Part shown: one piece after another, positions 17,482-26,944 of the stretch | Position numbering within the stretch: the stretch's first letter is position 1 | Layout of the letters: each line of letters starts with the position of its first letter | Origin: a virus | Virus record (IMG/VR): IMGVR_UViG_3300005613_000006 | Span: 1 to 64,000 of that record | DNA length: 64,000 bases | Reading direction: 5' to 3' (one strand) | Position numbers and translations under genes: made by a program | Notes under the pieces: model-generated | Told to the model about the DNA's origin: nothing | The model's input: only the letters and a program-made list of their open reading frames with translations | The model's database searches: none

Positions 17482-17661
17482 GGTGACCGAGCCACCTTCC
17501 TTCTCTACCACCCGACAGAAGAGATACCACTGGCCCATGTCGGTTATCTCTTGGGCTACCTCTTGACGGGTAACCTCATCCATGAGGTAGAGGTAGGCAG
17601 CACGGGCTACCGTGCGGCTGACGTTGTGGGTAGTGGCGAGGTGTGTGATAGTCTCTCTCAT
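17479..17661 (-). CDS. hypothetical protein
   Basis: AGGAG RBS before ATG 17661 (MRETITH). Confidence 0.55.
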   Translation of the reverse strand: MRETITHLATTHNVSRTVARAAYLYLMDEVTRQEVAQEITDMGQWYLFCRVVEKEGGSVT

Positions 17662-17671
17662 GGTGGTACTC

Positions 17672-18061
17672 CTATGTGGTGGTGCCGTATAGCTTGGCCT
17701 TGCGAGCTTCAATCTTGGCTTGCCGCTTGGCTTGCTCAGCCTGAAAAGCATACACTCCAAACTTCCCATTAGTGAGGACAACTTGCCCATCCAAATCGGC
17801 GTAGTTCTGCACACGCTTGTGCTTACCACTCACGGTGTACTTCTCTTGTGGATTGCGGCCATAACCGTATCGACATGCTTCTGCGAAGGGGGTATGCTTA
17901 CGGGTGAAGAACACATACACGCCAGCGGGGCACTCGAATGTGATGCACACGAATCGCTCGGGGTACTTCAGATTGACGTGCCAGTTCTCCCTCTCAAAGG
18001 GGGTGATGCTGACAATGCGAGCGTCGGTGATTGTGATGGCGGGTTTTGACATGGTGTACAT
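17672..18061 (-). CDS. hypothetical protein
   Basis: AGGA RBS; in operon. Confidence 0.6.
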   Translation of the reverse strand: MYTMSKPAITITDARIVSITPFERENWHVNLKYPERFVCITFECPAGVYVFFTRKHTPFAEACRYGYGRNPQEKYTVSGKHKRVQNYADLDGQVVLTNGKFGVYAFQAEQAKRQAKIEARKAKLYGTTT

Positions 18062-18246
18062 TCCTATATCTGGTTGATTCCAAAGATGGCGAGGATGGCC
18101 AGGATGGCGGCGACGATGAGGGCGATGAGCAGTTCAAAGAATAACATGGTTTTTCTCTCCCTTGTGTGTATGCCTCTATTATAGCCCCCTTTCCCCATAC
18201 GTCAATAGCAAAACCATTTATTTTCTCGGAATTTCCAAAATAGTTG

Positions 18247-18324
18247 TAAGTGCTTACGCTGTAACACTTTACGTCGCGCGGGGCGTCCCCCCCCGGTCGT
18301 AAGTCGTTATCCTGTAACGGTTTA
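18247..18324. repeat. paired-palindrome element #10
   Basis: 53-bp period; stop of ORF 18327-18572 is 2 bp away. Confidence 0.9.
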
Positions 18325-18326
18325 CG

Positions 18327-18572
18327 TCAATCCCATCCTTTGCACCCACAGTAGAATGAGTCCGTCGAATAGGTGGGTCGCTCCCGAAAGAAGGGGAGGC
18401 TCTTGTTGCTCTCCCTCTCTTCCCCACAATAGGCACACGATGCAAACCGTTCGGGGAAGGGGAGGGGCAACTGATTGGGGGCCGCTCTACGGGGGTAGTT
18501 TGGCTCATCCAATGGGTGAGGTTGGCCAGGGCCGGTCTGTTTAGCACAATGCTGGGAGGGTGGCATCTTCAT
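18327..18572 (-). CDS. small zinc-finger protein
   Basis: CAYCG...LPFF...DSFYCGCKGWD. Confidence 0.65.
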   Translation of the reverse strand: MKMPPSQHCAKQTGPGQPHPLDEPNYPRRAAPNQLPLPFPERFASCAYCGEERESNKSLPFFRERPTYSTDSFYCGCKGWD

Positions 18573-19588
18573 ACCTCAAGAGGTAGTCATGGGCAAGGGC
18601 CTGCAACCAGTTGGCCTCGACACACTCATCGTGACCCCTACGGCAGAGCCATACGCAGGCACCCGTGCGATACGATTCGTAGGTCTTGCGGAAGTGCAAG
18701 AGGTATTCGTGCCACTGGGCATCTGTCCACTTGTAAGGCTTGGAAGGTTTCGACATTCTCTCTCTCCTACCCACAGAGGGGGCAATGGGGACCAGCATAC
18801 TTACTACCACACTTGGGGCAGCGGGTATACCGCTTTTCAACTAGCTCGGGATGATTTTCTTCGATGATACGGAAGGCCATACAACGGAGGTCTTCGCAGT
18901 TCTCTGCGTGGTTATTACCTTCGGGGTATTGGCGAACCACTTCCTCGGTTGAGATTTTGGTGATTGCACTGGTCTCAGTGTCGTATTGAAGGTCGGCAAG
19001 TCCAAAGCTGTTAGTCATAGTTAATTCTCTCTTTCGTTACTTCTATTGTAGCATATTCTCAAGGTGTGTCAAGAGGCAAAGACGAATTTTCCGTAATCTT
19101 TTTCGATTTTTCTTTCGGGCTGGCCTACCTCGAACCCCTCCGCTTGGAGTACCTCGCAGAAGTACATCCACTCAGCCATACTGGCCTCACACTCCCCACT
19201 AATGGGGTTCTTGCGAACCAACGCCATAACTACGTCGGCAACGGTATCAATCCCCTCTGTGTAGCGGTATACCATAACGGCGATTTTGCGGCTTACGCCG
19301 TAGTGGTCCATGATATTGTTGACGGTTGCGAACATGTTAGGATGCCTTTCTGTATTCTTGGCAGTTGACCGGCTTCCGGTCCTCTTGGGGGGTTCCGAGT
19401 TGAGCGAAACGACGGTTGCGATACCAGCCGTACCACTTCTGGCGGGGTTCGCCCCGCTCACCGTTTCGTCGTTTTCTTTTTTCGCCATCAACCATTTTTC
19501 TCTCTCATCTACCTTAATTATACGCAACGGATTGTAAAAGTCAAGGGCTGGCGTTTCAGAATCTTTCTTTTTTTTTCATTTCGTGTCA

Positions 19589-19613
19589 TAAGTGCATACT
19601 ATCACACGGGTTA
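19589..19613. repeat. single degenerate palindrome unit (#11)
   Basis: TAAGTGCAT-N7-CACGGGTTA upstream of promoter 19517-19544. Confidence 0.55.
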
Positions 19614-20056
19614 AAACTTTGGGTTTCTTTGAAAGTGTACGAGCGTACACCTCTACTGGACACTTAGTTTTCAAGACAAGAATCCGCATTGGTGGGGGCT
19701 ACCAGAAGGGTAGTTAGAATGGGGAGGGGGTTTTTATGAATAGGCTCGGGGAGTCCCATCCCCCCCGTTTTGCGGGGGGTGGTGTAAACAAAGCAAGCCC
19801 CCTCAGAAATGAAACGACTACTTTTCCGGTTTGTCTTTGCATTCGTGGTAGGCCAACGCAATCGCCGTCGTTGGGTCAGGCATCTTTGTATGCCTCCACC
19901 ATCTTGCCACCGACAGGCCGTGGCTTATCGCCATTGTATACATCAACAGCTTCACCCTGTATCGTCCCCTGCAATAAATACACTGTCTCAGGGTCCAATA
20001 TCCAGCCGTGACACTTAGCTGCGTCTATCAGTAATACTCCAGGCCCATCATCCATA

Positions 20057-20527
20057 TCAGTTCCCCTTCATGCGCACAAACCAACACGTAAACGGCTTTC
20101 GCCTCCGCGTTTTTTTCACCACGTCCCACGGCACCAGTTTCACAGTGCGCTTGCGTATCCACCAGTTGACAGCAAGAAATCCCCTTGTTCCATAGCTAGT
20201 GATAAGGGCAATGTGGTCGTCGCCGTCGTCATACTCAAAGCAGCAAAGCACTGCATTTCCCTTCTCCAACTCAACCTTTATCTGTGCTACCGTCACATCC
20301 TTACGAAACCGAACGGCCCAGTTGTACTCTCGGGCTAGCGCCAGCAGCGTGGCATAGATGAATGGGTCGGGCGAGCCATGAAACGGCTTGCAGTTACACC
20401 GCGTCTTTATCCAGCGGTAGCGCTCACTATCGTAAGCACAGCTTACCCCCGCCCACTTACAGAGGTTCAACAGCGCCACAGGCGCACAACTGTATTCATC
20501 GCGTTGTTTCACGTAGCGGGGCATCAC
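20057..20527 (-). CDS. C39-like cysteine peptidase
   Basis: VKQRDEYSCAPVAL (Q..C) and DHIALI (H), followed by N. Confidence 0.8.
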   Translation of the reverse strand: MMPRYVKQRDEYSCAPVALLNLCKWAGVSCAYDSERYRWIKTRCNCKPFHGSPDPFIYATLLALAREYNWAVRFRKDVTVAQIKVELEKGNAVLCCFEYDDGDDHIALITSYGTRGFLAVNWWIRKRTVKLVPWDVVKKTRRRKPFTCWFVRMKGN

Positions 20528-21077
20528 GCCTCCTCAATCTGTCTTTCAGTCACATCATTCCAACCCGACTTTACTATTTTCCACACCGGGTCATTGGGCA
20601 TTGCGTGTCTCATTAGTGTAGCCAGATGCTCACCTCGCTCCTTCCGGTACAGGTCGATGAGAGCCTCTACCCGCCTCGCCCCATATCTTCTGCTTAAACT
20701 TGTCCACGTTATCCGCAAGATGCCGCTCAAGCATACAGCCCAGCCACGCCCCAATAAAGGTGCCCACAGTGAGCATTGCCATCACCGTGAATATCCACTG
20801 ACCTACTGTTAGTTTAATCAGTTCGCTTTCAATCATGGCGTTTCATAAACCCCACAACAAAGACCATTGTTCCTATAAGAGCCAGCATTATTATGGCAAT
20901 AATGGCATTGACTGCTTGAAATTCACTCTCCATTCTAAAACACCGAAACACATAAACTGCATTCCAGCATTGATGTCGAATGAACATTCAGCCTGTGGAC
21001 TATCGTTATCCTACCAGCGCATGACTACTTCTTCCTTCGGCGCAAGCTGCTCGCCACGTCGTAGATGGCAAAAGCCC

Positions 21078-21794
21078 CTAGTCCGACGATGAACAGCGTG
21101 AAAATGATTCCCGCAATGATTTGACCCATTTCCCTAACCTCCCTACTATTTTCTGACCTATGGTCATGTCTTTCTCAACCAGCGGAACTAGCAGCATAAG
21201 GCTGGCCATTTCTAACTCTTCGATGCCCTCGGCGTCCAGAAAGCCTTCCGGCTTCCAATACCTAGTGTTACCTACCAGGGTAACGCTTTCAGTTTCATTG
21301 CCGTCGTCATCCAGACTCGTACTCATCGAGACCGGATAGAAGCCCGCCTTGCGAATTTGCTCCATCCACATTCGCTTCTCAATAATATCCCCATTCCCCA
21401 GACAGTAGTAGTCTTCATCGTGTTCCGAAGGCTCACTTATTCCGAGGCCAGCGCGGGAGCAGTCGCCCCCCAGTTCATCCAAAATGAACCTCTCCATCTT
21501 CCACATGAACCGGCCTGTGGGGTAGATGCCGTATTCATCGGGGTTGTCGAGCATCTCACTCATCAACTCACAGACAATACCGCGAATTCTTTCATCAGCA
21601 ATCTCTGTGTAGTCGGGCTCGGAGCCAACCATGATGCACTTCTCATCCTTACACTTTTCGTCGTAAGTCTCACCGTCGTAAACCTGGATAAACTCAGGGT
21701 CTACAAATGTCTCTGTGCATATCCACTCAAGCACCTTATCTCGGGTCAGTTCGATAATAGGGTCAGCGAAGACCACAATTCGTAGTTCATTCAT
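21078..21794 (-). CDS. acidic hypothetical protein
   Basis: 238 aa, GAGG RBS, ATGA coupling. Confidence 0.7.
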   Translation of the reverse strand: MNELRIVVFADPIIELTRDKVLEWICTETFVDPEFIQVYDGETYDEKCKDEKCIMVGSEPDYTEIADERIRGIVCELMSEMLDNPDEYGIYPTGRFMWKMERFILDELGGDCSRAGLGISEPSEHDEDYYCLGNGDIIEKRMWMEQIRKAGFYPVSMSTSLDDDGNETESVTLVGNTRYWKPEGFLDAEGIEELEMASLMLLVPLVEKDMTIGQKIVGRLGKWVKSLRESFSRCSSSD

Positions 21795-22114
21795 TCCTCT
21801 GCTCCTAGTACACTGTGTACAAATTTCCTTGTTTTGTCGTCAATGTAAATGGGCTCCTCGCCCTCGGCTTCGCCGGATACGTTACTTGCCAGTATCCGTA
21901 TAAAGCGCCGCCTATCAGTCGCATAGAGATGGCTCTCACCATCATCAAAAGCCCCCAGGCAAGTAGCAAAGCCCTTATAGCTTCTATCATGGCAGCAAGC
22001 CATAAAGTGGATTACTTTAGAGCCGGGCTGGTGACACTTGCAGTCACATGGGTAGTTGGGGTCAATGTAGGTAACTGCATAGACCTTACCCACTTCTATC
22101 TCTTCAAACTTCAT
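21791..22114 (-). CDS. hypothetical protein
   Basis: ATGA coupling, CDCKCH...HFMACC. Confidence 0.65.
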   Translation of the reverse strand: MKFEEIEVGKVYAVTYIDPNYPCDCKCHQPGSKVIHFMACCHDRSYKGFATCLGAFDDGESHLYATDRRRFIRILASNVSGEAEGEEPIYIDDKTRKFVHSVLGAEE

Positions 22115-22632
22115 CCCTCATCCATCACTTCAAAGCGTTCGGTTACGCTATGGTCCCCATCTTGGACGGTGCGTTCAAAGCAGATTTCACGGGCCTTGTC
22201 TAGTATCAAGAGGCTGACAACGGCGGCGAGCAGATTGCTCTCCCCATGTAGGTCATTGATAAGTTCGTCTTCGACACCCTTTCGGACTGCCCTTGCCTTC
22301 TGGGTCTCCGTGGGGGCACCCTGTGGCCAAGGGGGCGGTTGTGGGGCCAACCTGCGTGGCAGCATGGGGTCGCGGTTTTCAACACGGGCTTTCCGTTCTC
22401 GCAACGCCTTCTCTGTATCAGACTCCTCCTTGACCTTTTTCACGCACGGCCCCATGTTGACGTGAACATGATAGAAGGCAATACAGTCATTACACAGTTT
22501 GTACATGCCGCGCGTCTTATCGTGTAGCGCAAACAAATAGGCACTTTTACCACAGTCTTTACACTGGCCCTTTTCTATTGCCATCCCCGTCACAAATAGC
22601 TCGTCGTAGCTAGGTTCATTTACTTCCGCCAT
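22111..22632 (-). CDS. hypothetical zinc-finger protein
   Basis: CKDC...CNDC, overlapping neighbours. Confidence 0.6.
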   Translation of the reverse strand: MAEVNEPSYDELFVTGMAIEKGQCKDCGKSAYLFALHDKTRGMYKLCNDCIAFYHVHVNMGPCVKKVKEESDTEKALRERKARVENRDPMLPRRLAPQPPPWPQGAPTETQKARAVRKGVEDELINDLHGESNLLAAVVSLLILDKAREICFERTVQDGDHSVTERFEVMDEG

Positions 22633-22933
22633 CTTCCATACTCCTTGTTATGGCGTCACCCAAATCATCTTTGGGCACCGCCTCTTGTTCTTCTTCTGCC
22701 ACAAACAGTGTATCCCGCGCCATGTCTCGAATCTTTTGCAACGCCTCTTCCAGAGTTACCTTGCCGGGCACCCGAAGGAGGCTCTCGGTGTATTGCAATA
22801 TGCTACACAGGCCATTGTTCAATGTGGTAGCATTAAAGTCGAGGCACTCAAAAGGGAACCGGCGCTTTGGGCGGGGTTTCGGGGTCGGTCTTGGGTTTGG
22901 TGCTGGCACCTTGTTTGCTTGTGTCTCGTCCAT
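22616..22933 (-). CDS. hypothetical protein
   Basis: AGGAG RBS. Confidence 0.6.
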   Translation of the reverse strand: MDETQANKVPAPNPRPTPKPRPKRRFPFECLDFNATTLNNGLCSILQYTESLLRVPGKVTLEEALQKIRDMARDTLFVAEEEQEAVPKDDLGDAITRSMEDGGSK

Positions 22934-23135
22934 CCTTTGTCTCCTTGTCTAGCTTACAGACTCCTCGGCCTGGGGCCTTTTTCAGCCCTAATTTCTGGCG
23001 TTGTTTACGCCATGCATGTATAGTTATAGCACGTCCAGCAATCTCACTGAGCAGGCGAGCGCCCTCTTCATCAGTGATTTTTCCTGCATTGTCGCGTATA
23101 AACTGTCTCTCAACCTCATTCCACACGCTATTCAT
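22848..23135 (-). CDS. small HTH DNA-binding protein at the strand switch
   Basis: WNEVERQFIRDN...DEEGARLL...RKQRQKLGLKK; AGGAG RBS. Confidence 0.7.
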   Translation of the reverse strand: MNSVWNEVERQFIRDNAGKITDEEGARLLSEIAGRAITIHAWRKQRQKLGLKKAPGRGVCKLDKETKDGRDTSKQGASTKPKTDPETPPKAPVPF

Positions 23136-23208
23136 ATCATTTCTCCTTGATTTTTGCGGCCATTACGGTGTATAATAAAGTAGTCACCTAACATAGAGGA
23201 AGTTCAAC

Positions 23209-23379
23209 ATGTCAGATGAAAACCAATCTACGCCCCCTGAACCAGAAAAACTTGTCTCTAGTGTATTATACACTCAGGGCACGGCGGAAATCAAGAAAAA
23301 AGTGGCCGATGAGCTAAAAGTTCCCGACCCACCCCAAGAACAAGCAGAAGCAGCGCTCGAAAAATTCACAGAGGAATAA
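23209..23379 (+). CDS. 56-aa hypothetical protein (absent from the ORF track)
   Basis: GAGG RBS directly after the late motif; MSDENQ...KFTEE*. Confidence 0.6.
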   Translation: MSDENQSTPPEPEKLVSSVLYTQGTAEIKKKVADELKVPDPPQEQAEAALEKFTEE

Positions 23380-23918
23380 TCCGTGTCCCAGCCAATGCAG
23401 CCAAATAAGCTCACCGCTGGCGGTAACCAAGGAACTGGCACATGTCCCATGTGCGGGAGAAGGGTGGCGCAGTCACAGACTCGCTCCGAAAGGACAAACC
23501 CTCATCGTCCCTACGTTCTTAAAATAGTTACCACGTTTTACCCTTGTGGGTGTAAGCAAGAGCAGACATGAGCTACAAGCTGATACTGTCGCCTGACAAA
23601 GACGACGTTCGGCCACCAGAGTGCGGTGGCAGAAAAAAGATGCACTTAGAGGATGAAGCAGGAGAAGTTTTGGACGCGGTTGTTGTGAAGGTAGAACCTA
23701 CGATAATGACCGTGATAGCACATATTGGAATTACAGACATAGAGGTGAGACAATGAAGGAAAAGATTTGTATTTGGATAGCGAGCCTATTGCCTCGCAAA
23801 GTGTTGGCCCATTGTATCATGCGGGCTTGGAGACTAGCGGAACGGCGCTATGAGGCGCTGGGGGTTGATGAGATTACCTGGGATATGGTAGTTGAATTCT
23901 TGGACGAGGGAGAGTAGC

Positions 23919-24566
23919 ATGAAATGTCCCAAGGGCTACACTGAAGAGGAAGTCCTTGAGGCTCTCAATGGTGCCGTGAACTCGTTAGCCTCTAGCTTTC
24001 GCTTTGGCTACCATGACCTTGAGGATATGAAACAAGAAGGGTTAGTGTTTGGGTTGGAGGTTCTTGAAAAAGAGAAGTTCGACCCGAACCATAGCAGTGG
24101 CAGCGGCTTGAAGAATTTCTTGCGTTACCACATACGCAACCAGTATATCAACATGAAGAGAGACAAGTTTTCTCGTCCCAACTCTCCTTGCAGCGGGTGC
24201 CCCTTTAAGTGCCCCAAAAATCAGACTGAATCTGGATGCGCCGAATTTACTGCTAAGTGCGAGTGCCCAAAGTATGCGGGCTGGGAGAAGCGCAACGCAG
24301 CCAAACGTAACTTAATGGAGTCGTGTAGTGTCGATAGCATACGAAGCCAGACGGAAGTTGCGACAAGTAGCAAACCCCTTGAAAAGATGGAGCGAGATGA
24401 ACTTGTACAACTTGTTGACCGTCATTTACCCGTTGGATTGCGTTCTGATTACCGCCGTATGGTTGAGGGCGTACACCTTCCTAAGCGGCGTCGTGTAAGG
24501 GTTGACGACGCAATTCGACAGATACTCAGGGAACATTATGGCGAAGACGAATTTGAAGAGGGGTAA
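23919..24566 (+). CDS. phage RNA polymerase sigma factor (sigma70-family region 2) with Cys-rich insert
   Basis: DLEDMKQEGLVFGLEVL..EKFDP...LKNFLRYHIRNQYINMKR. Confidence 0.75.
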   Translation: MKCPKGYTEEEVLEALNGAVNSLASSFRFGYHDLEDMKQEGLVFGLEVLEKEKFDPNHSSGSGLKNFLRYHIRNQYINMKRDKFSRPNSPCSGCPFKCPKNQTESGCAEFTAKCECPKYAGWEKRNAAKRNLMESCSVDSIRSQTEVATSSKPLEKMERDELVQLVDRHLPVGLRSDYRRMVEGVHLPKRRRVRVDDAIRQILREHYGEDEFEEG

Positions 24567-25365
24567 ACTTAGTGCCGACGAAGTACAGTTTATCCGTGAC
24601 AATCTGGACACGATGAGTGATGAAGAGATTGGGAAACGGCTTCGCCGCTCTCCTTCTCTCGTCGCTAAATATCGTGGCCAAGAGCCCGAGGCTCAGCGTG
24701 AAGATGACCGCGACCCCATCATAGCGGAGCTACACGCCAAACATTTCTGGCCCGACATCAAAAAGGTGTTGCTGGTTACAGAGATTTCTTTCTTTGAGCA
24801 AGAATGGGCCAAGCTGATTCACCAATTTCAAACCAATGAAATTGTGGCCACTGACGAAAGTATGATACGAGACCTCATTGTTGAGGACATTATGTACTTG
24901 AGGGCGTTGAAAGAGCGTCGTCACGTCATGGTTGAAATCAGCGAACTAGAGCGACAGCTTGAGGTAGAACAGGCTAAGCCGCGAGAACAACGCAATGAGG
25001 CACTAGAGGCTTCAATTCAAACACAGATAACGGCCTTGCTACAGGCCCTACCAACGCTCACCGCAGAGCAAACCAAACATGCGGAGCGCAAAGATGCCAA
25101 GCTGAATCAGTTGAAGGCTACCCGTTCCGCGCGGTTTAAGCAAATAGCCGAAAGCCGCAAGAACTTCTTTGAGTTGACTAAGGAATTAGATACTCGCGTC
25201 AGCCGTGAGAAGGAAGGTCGCTGGATGGAACTTATGCAACAAGGAGGAGACAAGGTGAAGGAGGATTGGGAAGAGTTGCATGAGTATGCAGATGGTACAG
25301 TGGACAGACCTTTGTTGACGCCAGAGGCGGTATTAGCAGAGGATGATAAAGGAGAAGAAGAATGA
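24538..25365 (+). CDS. probable terminase small subunit
   Basis: N-terminal HTH plus coiled coil; upstream of TerL (positional). Confidence 0.5.
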   Translation: MAKTNLKRGKLSADEVQFIRDNLDTMSDEEIGKRLRRSPSLVAKYRGQEPEAQREDDRDPIIAELHAKHFWPDIKKVLLVTEISFFEQEWAKLIHQFQTNEIVATDESMIRDLIVEDIMYLRALKERRHVMVEISELERQLEVEQAKPREQRNEALEASIQTQITALLQALPTLTAEQTKHAERKDAKLNQLKATRSARFKQIAESRKNFFELTKELDTRVSREKEGRWMELMQQGGDKVKEDWEELHEYADGTVDRPLLTPEAVLAEDDKGEEE

Positions 25366-26465
25366 AGGCCATAATTACTGGAGTGACGGGACAAGATGGA
25401 AGCTATTTAGCGGAGCTTTTGGTGGAGAAAGGGTATGATGTTGTTGGGATAGCTCGGCGCAGCAGTACAGATAATCGCCAAAGGTTGCGAGGTCTGAAAG
25501 ACAAGCCTAACTTCCGTGTTGTCGAGGGTGACGTAGGTGACCCTATTTCAATGGATGGCATCATACGGGATAATCCAGATGTCGATGAGGTGTACAACCT
25601 TGCAGCACAAAGTCATGTTGGCACCAGCTTCAAACAGCCAGTGTACACCTGGGATGTAAATGCCAAAGGCCCAGTGTATATCATGGATGCCATCACGAAC
25701 TATGCTCCACATGCGAGGTTCTACCAAGCGAGTACAAGCGAGTTGTTTGGAAACAACTTTAGTGTGGTAGCCGAGCCATTTGGTATTAAGGTGCCAGTGG
25801 TGTCATGCAAGAACGTACAATGCTTTCAGAATGAGACAACTCACTTTGACCCTCAATCTCCCTACGCTGTCGCCAAGCGCGATGCGCATGACATGGTTAA
25901 AATTTACAGAGAAAGAGGGCTCTGGGCCTGCGCGGGCATTCTCTTTAACCATGAGAGCCCAAGGCGGGGCTCAGAATTCGTCACACGCAAAGTGACCCAG
26001 TGGCTTGGGAAGTTCCGACCCTGGTGGTACGAGGCCCGTCTGAAAGAGGAGATTTCGGCTGCGATTCCATACATCCAATGCGAGAAAAGCGGAGAGAAGT
26101 TTCCAAAGCTACGCCTTGGTAATCTGGAGGCGTGTAGAGACTGGGGTTATGCTCCTGATTATGTACAGGGCATGTGGGCAATGATGCAGCAAGATAAACC
26201 AAGAGACTTTGTTCTTGCTACTGGTGAAACACATGGCGTTGAGGAGTTTGTAGAAGAGGCGTTTCATGCAGCGGGAATTCGCCAATGGCGTCGATATATC
26301 TACATTGACCCAGAGTTCTATCGCCCCTGTGAAGTGAACTTCCTACATGGTGATGCTAGCTTGGCGCGTAAGGTATTAGGCTGGGAGCCTAGCGTTACTT
26401 TCAAAGAGTTGGTACGCATCATGGTAAATGCAGACAGGCCAAATGAATGTCTAAGTACACGATAA
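25362..26465 (+). CDS. gmd: GDP-mannose 4,6-dehydratase
   Basis: ITGVTGQDGSYLAE, YNLAAQSHV, FYQASTSELFG, SPYAVAK, GILFNHESPRRG, RDWGYAPDYV. Confidence 0.95.
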   Translation: MKAIITGVTGQDGSYLAELLVEKGYDVVGIARRSSTDNRQRLRGLKDKPNFRVVEGDVGDPISMDGIIRDNPDVDEVYNLAAQSHVGTSFKQPVYTWDVNAKGPVYIMDAITNYAPHARFYQASTSELFGNNFSVVAEPFGIKVPVVSCKNVQCFQNETTHFDPQSPYAVAKRDAHDMVKIYRERGLWACAGILFNHESPRRGSEFVTRKVTQWLGKFRPWWYEARLKEEISAAIPYIQCEKSGEKFPKLRLGNLEACRDWGYAPDYVQGMWAMMQQDKPRDFVLATGETHGVEEFVEEAFHAAGIRQWRRYIYIDPEFYRPCEVNFLHGDASLARKVLGWEPSVTFKELVRIMVNADRPNECLSTR

Positions 26466-26944
26466 TTCGCGACACGCGAGAGAAAGAAAAGAAAGGCTGG
26501 CAATGGCGCAAGTCCATGTACTGTGAAGGTACGGTTGACGGCACCATGAAGACAGGAGACTACACGTTGGAAGGATATGAAGGAGTCCTTACCATTGAAC
26601 GTAAGGGCAGAATCTCAGAGTTCGCCAAGAACATCAATGAGGCTAGGTTTGGTAAGGAATTGGAGCGCATGACGCAGTTCAAACACGCTTACGTAATCCT
26701 TGAGTTTACGATGCGTGACCTATTGAACTATCCAGTGGGCTCAGGAATACCGCGACATAAGTGGCGCTACTTGAAATTCAAGGGGCCGTTCATTTTGAAG
26801 AAGCTGACAGAGATGATGAGGGACTACCCAACAATTCATTTTGTGTTGGCTGGAGATGCGGGAAAAGAGACAGCATCAAGTATTTTCAAACGCATCGTGG
26901 AGAGTGAACGTGCCAACTCTGATTCAACCGGAGGCGAAAGCTAA
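26447..26944 (+). CDS. ERCC4/XPF-domain nuclease
   Basis: IIRDTREK...TGDY...IERKG. Confidence 0.85.
   Translation: MSKYTIIRDTREKEKKGWQWRKSMYCEGTVDGTMKTGDYTLEGYEGVLTIERKGRISEFAKNINEARFGKELERMTQFKHAYVILEFTMRDLLNYPVGSGIPRHKWRYLKFKGPFILKKLTEMMRDYPTIHFVLAGDAGKETASSIFKRIVESERANSDSTGGES

Larger units (their letters stand above)
5784..19544 (-). promoter_or_regulatory. series of about 19 early sigma70-type promoters TTGAC(A/T/G)-N16-TATAAT
   Basis: -10/-35 spans: 5784-5811, 6037-6064, 7111-7138, 7370-7397, 7933-7960, 8300-8327, 10029-10056, 11560-11587, 11912-11939, 12713-12740, 13446-13473, 14646-14673, 15276-15303, 16251-16278, 16500-16527, 17087-17114, 18178-18205, 19045-19072, 19517-19544. Confidence 0.85.

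Noticed and set aside
6077-18324. Paired palindromes as a CRISPR array
   Set aside because: Only two degenerate units per locus, a conserved rather than unique spacer, loci kilobases apart, and no cas genes.
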